DNA from: Gnetum montanum
Taxonomy: Eukaryota; Plantae; Gnetophyta
Assembly (NCBI GenBank): GCA_015680685.1
Contig: MNCI01002119.1
Location: 462,923-526,922 of the forward strand
DNA: 64,000 nucleotides
Reading direction: 5' to 3'
Each line of letters starts with the position of its first letter. Position 1 is the first letter of the stretch. The notes below the pieces were generated by a model. That model was not told the DNA's origin, ran no database searches, and worked only from the letters and a program-made list of their open reading frames with translations. Shown here piece by piece: positions 60,400 through 64,000 of the stretch. A program made the position numbers and the translations under genes.

Positions 60400-63300
60400 A
60401 TGGGCAAAGGCAAGGAAGTGGAAGGAAAGGGGAGGAAGGGTCCGGACTTGACCTTCGTAGAGGAGAGCGAAGCCATGCTGCAGTGCCTACCCAGGCCAAG
60501 GATTCTGTCATGGCTTGGGTCATCACACAGGTAGGCTCTTATCTTGCCTCTATTAGTCATTTTTTCTTATGCATGTTTCATAGCGTAGACAGTCTCGTAG
60601 AGGGCTTTGGTGTATATGCCGAGCGTAGAGAGTTAGCGTAGAGGGTTCTCGGCGTATACGCCGAGCGTAAATTCACAGCGTAAAGTCTCAATAGCATAGA
60701 CTATCAGCGTAATCTGTTTTATCAGTGCACAGCGTAAACACTTTCCTTGCACGCAGGATAGATGATTGTATCAGTGTAAACTACGGCATAATAAGTTTCC
60801 TATGCATGGAGTTTTGTTTTATCAGCGTAGACGATCTACGCTGTGACGGCGTATACGCTGAGGGTTTCTACAACGTAGATGCTGAGCGTGAAGAGTTGAT
60901 CCTTTTCAAGCATGGTACAGCATAGACATATTTTCATGTTTTCAGCGTAAACTATTTGTTCAGTGTCTAGCGTAGACCATTTACGCTGGAGGCTCCTATG
61001 GCGTATACGCTGAGGGTTTCTAGTGCATATACGCTGAGCATAAATAATATGGTCGGCAGCGTAATCAGTTCGTTGTTAGCGTATACACTGGACTAGGCAG
61101 CATATAAGCTAAGCGTCAACAGTTGACAGTGTATACGCTGAGCGTAAACAGTTGACGGCGCATACGCTGGGTTAAGCAGTGTATACACTGAGAGTAAACA
61201 GTTAGCCATTTTTTTGAGTGTTGGTCTACGATGTGAACTTTTGTTTTTCAGGTCGTTTTGATGCATGGTTGATTTATTGTGGCATCTTGATTACTTGCAG
61301 GGATAGTAAGCATTTTCTCCTCATTGTTGAGCTCGTTGGGGTGCTAACATGGTTTGGCCCCATTGAGGCTGATGAGCCTACCCCAGATCTAACTATGGAC
61401 AACAATGGGGTCTGGCTCAGAGAAGGTGTGTGTGAATTGCTGGCCTTCATGCTAGACAACTTCGAAGTGGCGATCTGGTCGCAACTAAGTGAACTGGTGG
61501 CGCGAAGTGTACTTGAGGTAATGCTGCCGGGAGCTGCGGAGGGTGTCATGGTCTTCATAGAAGACATTGACGAGGGGCCATTTTTTAATGAGGATGGTTC
61601 TACCCGCGGGCCCAGGTCTACACGCCCGTTAGCACGCGTGTGGGCACAGTTGCCACGAGGGTTGGACTACCTCAACAACACTCTATTCATAGCTTCACAC
61701 GTGCACACGTTGTTTCAAAATCCCCTTGGCACCGTGTACTGGGTGGATAGGTAGGACCGTTTAAGTTTATTGTTTCTATTCACCATTTGGCATTTGCTTC
61801 TATTCTGACCTCCGTTCGTTTGTAGGCCTAAAGTTAACCCGGACGGGACATGCATTGAGGACGAAGGACTTGCTCTTGCTCGCACTGCTCTAGAGGCTTT
61901 TATGGTGGGTCCCACCCTTTGTGGAACTGTATTGGGTCAAACGAAGGGCACAATCGTTCATTTTCATAAACAGTTCTCTAGAGCCTTCGCGATGTGCAAA
62001 GCTCGTGGGTGGCTACATGAAGACTGGTCAGACAATGGAGCAGTCTTCCCTCGTGACTCTAGCAGCACATCCAAGTCCACCACTAACGGTAAATGACAAC
62101 ATTTCCTAGATATGTTAACATGTTTGTTTAACTACCGAGAGTTATACTGATATGACAATCTCAAATTGCACTTGCAGTTGATGTACCTCCTGGCGGGGAC
62201 CCTATCACAACTGGGCAAACTGAGACAACCCTGTCAATGAAGTTCGGGGAGGTGACTAAGGCTCAAAAATGGTTACGCAACCATGCCCCTCCATCTATTA
62301 GTTGTTGCTTAGACAATGCCAGCCTTATGGAGCTCTTCACGACCCTGAGTCCCGATGTATCTATAGCAGAAATGATCGGGATCGTGGATTCCTTTAATGA
62401 GTCTGTCTCCTACTACAGCACCCGGATTAAGGGTGTTAAGGTAGTTTTCCATCTGTTGCCTGAATTCTTTTCAAACTTATTTAGGGTACCGAAAAATGGC
62501 ATAAATGTAGTTTTAGACAGGGCTCATAAAGAGCTCCAAACGGTGCGTGAATTGGAGGACTGGTTGGGCATGGCCAAGGGTGCCAAGGGATTCTCGATGC
62601 AGGGGAAAGTAAAGGTTGAGGAGGTAAATGAACTGTATCCCCTATTTAGGGTGCGGGTATTTCCCAAAACCCATTCCCAGGTACGGAGTCTTGGGGTTGA
62701 GGTTGTACGTGTCATGTGAACTATCCTGGAAACTGGAATGCGCTATAACTGGGCTGAATTTTTGTTGTCCAGCATGCACAAGGAGATAGTGCAATTGCAC
62801 TCGAATGTCGAGGTGCAATCCCACTTCACCTTTGCCTTTTTTGCTGGTTACCTTCGTCGCTTTGCCAAGTTTCTAGTAGTTCGCGCAGATAACAAGTTTG
62901 TTCTACGGGATCGGGGTCAACTATCTCGTTTGTGGATCAATCACTTATTTGAAACAGCCAAGTCCCAAGATGCTCTTGAGGGCATTGATGAGTCTGTGTC
63001 TATTATGACAGGGGGATCATCGAGTACCTCAATTCATACTCGCGATAGTTTGGGATTAGAGCCAGATGATGTGCCTCTCACTGCAAGAAGAGCTGAGCGA
63101 GTTATCAAAGAGACTATTGGCCAGGCCAAATCGAAATTGAAAAGACAAAAACGCCCAATTGAGGAAGTCTCAAATGTGAGCAAGCCACGGGTGAAGCGTA
63201 TATGATTCAAGATGCTTGGTAAGTAGACTTAGCCCGCTTATTTTTTTATTGTTTTCGTTTTGCTCATAATTTTTTCTTCAATCACTTACATGTCACTGAT

Positions 63301-63838
63301 GTCTTTGGCTTGATTTGAGAAGTGAGGAAGCGGGCATTAGAAACTATTACTGAGGAGGAGGAGACCAACACAGAGTGGAATAATGAAGGGGAAAATGTGG
63401 GGAAGGATCAGGGAGGAGGAATGAAGGAGTTAAAGGAAAACACCACAGAAACTGAGCCATTGGATGATCAGGGTGGTGTCGACCAAATGTTCAGCAGCTT
63501 TCTCTAGGAAAATCTGGACTTAGGGGATCCCCCAGAAGGTGACAAGGGGCACGATATGTTTTCTTTTTATTTTACTTTATATTGCTTCATTAGTTGTCCT
63601 TTGTATGGTCTTTTATTTTCATGTTTTCATTTCTTCCAGATGAAGGCAGTGAAACCAGGACGGTGCGCTTAGACGTACCCATGAAGAAAGCCCCCCCTGA
63701 GAGGACCGTGGAGGTTAGTTCATCCCGCACCCATGAGCCATTTACTTGGACAGAAATGCCAAGTAATATGGATTTTGTGGCTGGCATCGTAGAAGAAGTT
63801 GTCGAACGGATTCAGGAGGTCCACCCCGAAATAGGTAT
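60400..63838 (+). pseudogene. Antisense accessory gene of D, exons 1-6, interrupted by element G
   Basis: Exons 60400-60530, 61301-61750, 61826-62088, 62178-63218, 63323-63553 and 63640-63834. Exons 1-3 appear open; exon 4 has two CGA>TGA-type stops. Confidence 0.87.
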
Positions 63839-64000
63839 TGTATCGTCTGAAATCGTCGGTCTCCAGCTGGAAGGAAACAGAGGCCGTGGGATCACAGGAT
63901 GCGCACAAAAGACCCTACCTTCACCTGAGGGCGAGCTGGAATGAACGAAGGTAGAGTACCTTAGGTGATCCGCATGTGAATCAGATAAGGATTTCCCTGA
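63839..64000 (-). mobile_element. Element G: U5 end of another same-family LTR inserted at an intron donor of the D antisense gene
   Basis: tgtatcgtctgaaatcgtcggtctccagctggaagg... matches the LTR ends at 36636, 40630 and 56392. Confidence 0.9.

Larger units (their letters stand above)
36636..64000 (-). mobile_element. Element D: Tat/Ogre-like LTR retrotransposon (3' LTR, INT, aRH/RH/RT, antisense gene); hosts C (40630-57637) and G (from 63839); 5' part lies right of the window
   Basis: The pol reading ...NDNTIADA|LATLALSISP... is joined across element C through the GCTAA TSD. Confidence 0.92.

Overview
Eukaryotic, plant-type repetitive DNA with no host gene. The window is a nest of seven related Ty3/gypsy LTR retrotransposons of the Tat (Ogre/Retand-like) type, plus a satellite/foldback block at 26.3-31.7 kb. 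Shared hallmarks are RT-RH-aRH-INT order, a tRNA-Asn-like PBS (TGGCGCTAGAAGGAGGG) and LTRs beginning TGAAACACC. Element C (40630-57637, minus strand) has both LTRs and a GCTAA target-site duplication and sits in the pol of D. D sits in the gag of E, A sits in the pol of B, B sits in F, and G sits in D. The main observation is the element architecture. gag-protease and pol are separated by about 5.5 kb containing an antisense, TATA-driven, ~8-exon accessory gene of ~1000 aa, present in four copies (A, B, C, D) from two divergent subfamilies. Its N-terminal domain looks like an FCP1/SCP (NIF, HAD-family) CTD-phosphatase fold lacking the catalytic aspartates. It is followed by a plant-transposon (Athila ORF1/Transposase_32-like) domain, an acidic linker and a coiled-coil region. 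Arrays of covarying hairpins flank this cassette. Pol has a conserved splice acceptor and its own ATG. A subfamily-specific AGCGTA motif array is shared by the LTRs and the accessory gene's first intron. All copies are mutationally decayed. Domain calls come from motif recognition by eye and need HMM or structure confirmation.
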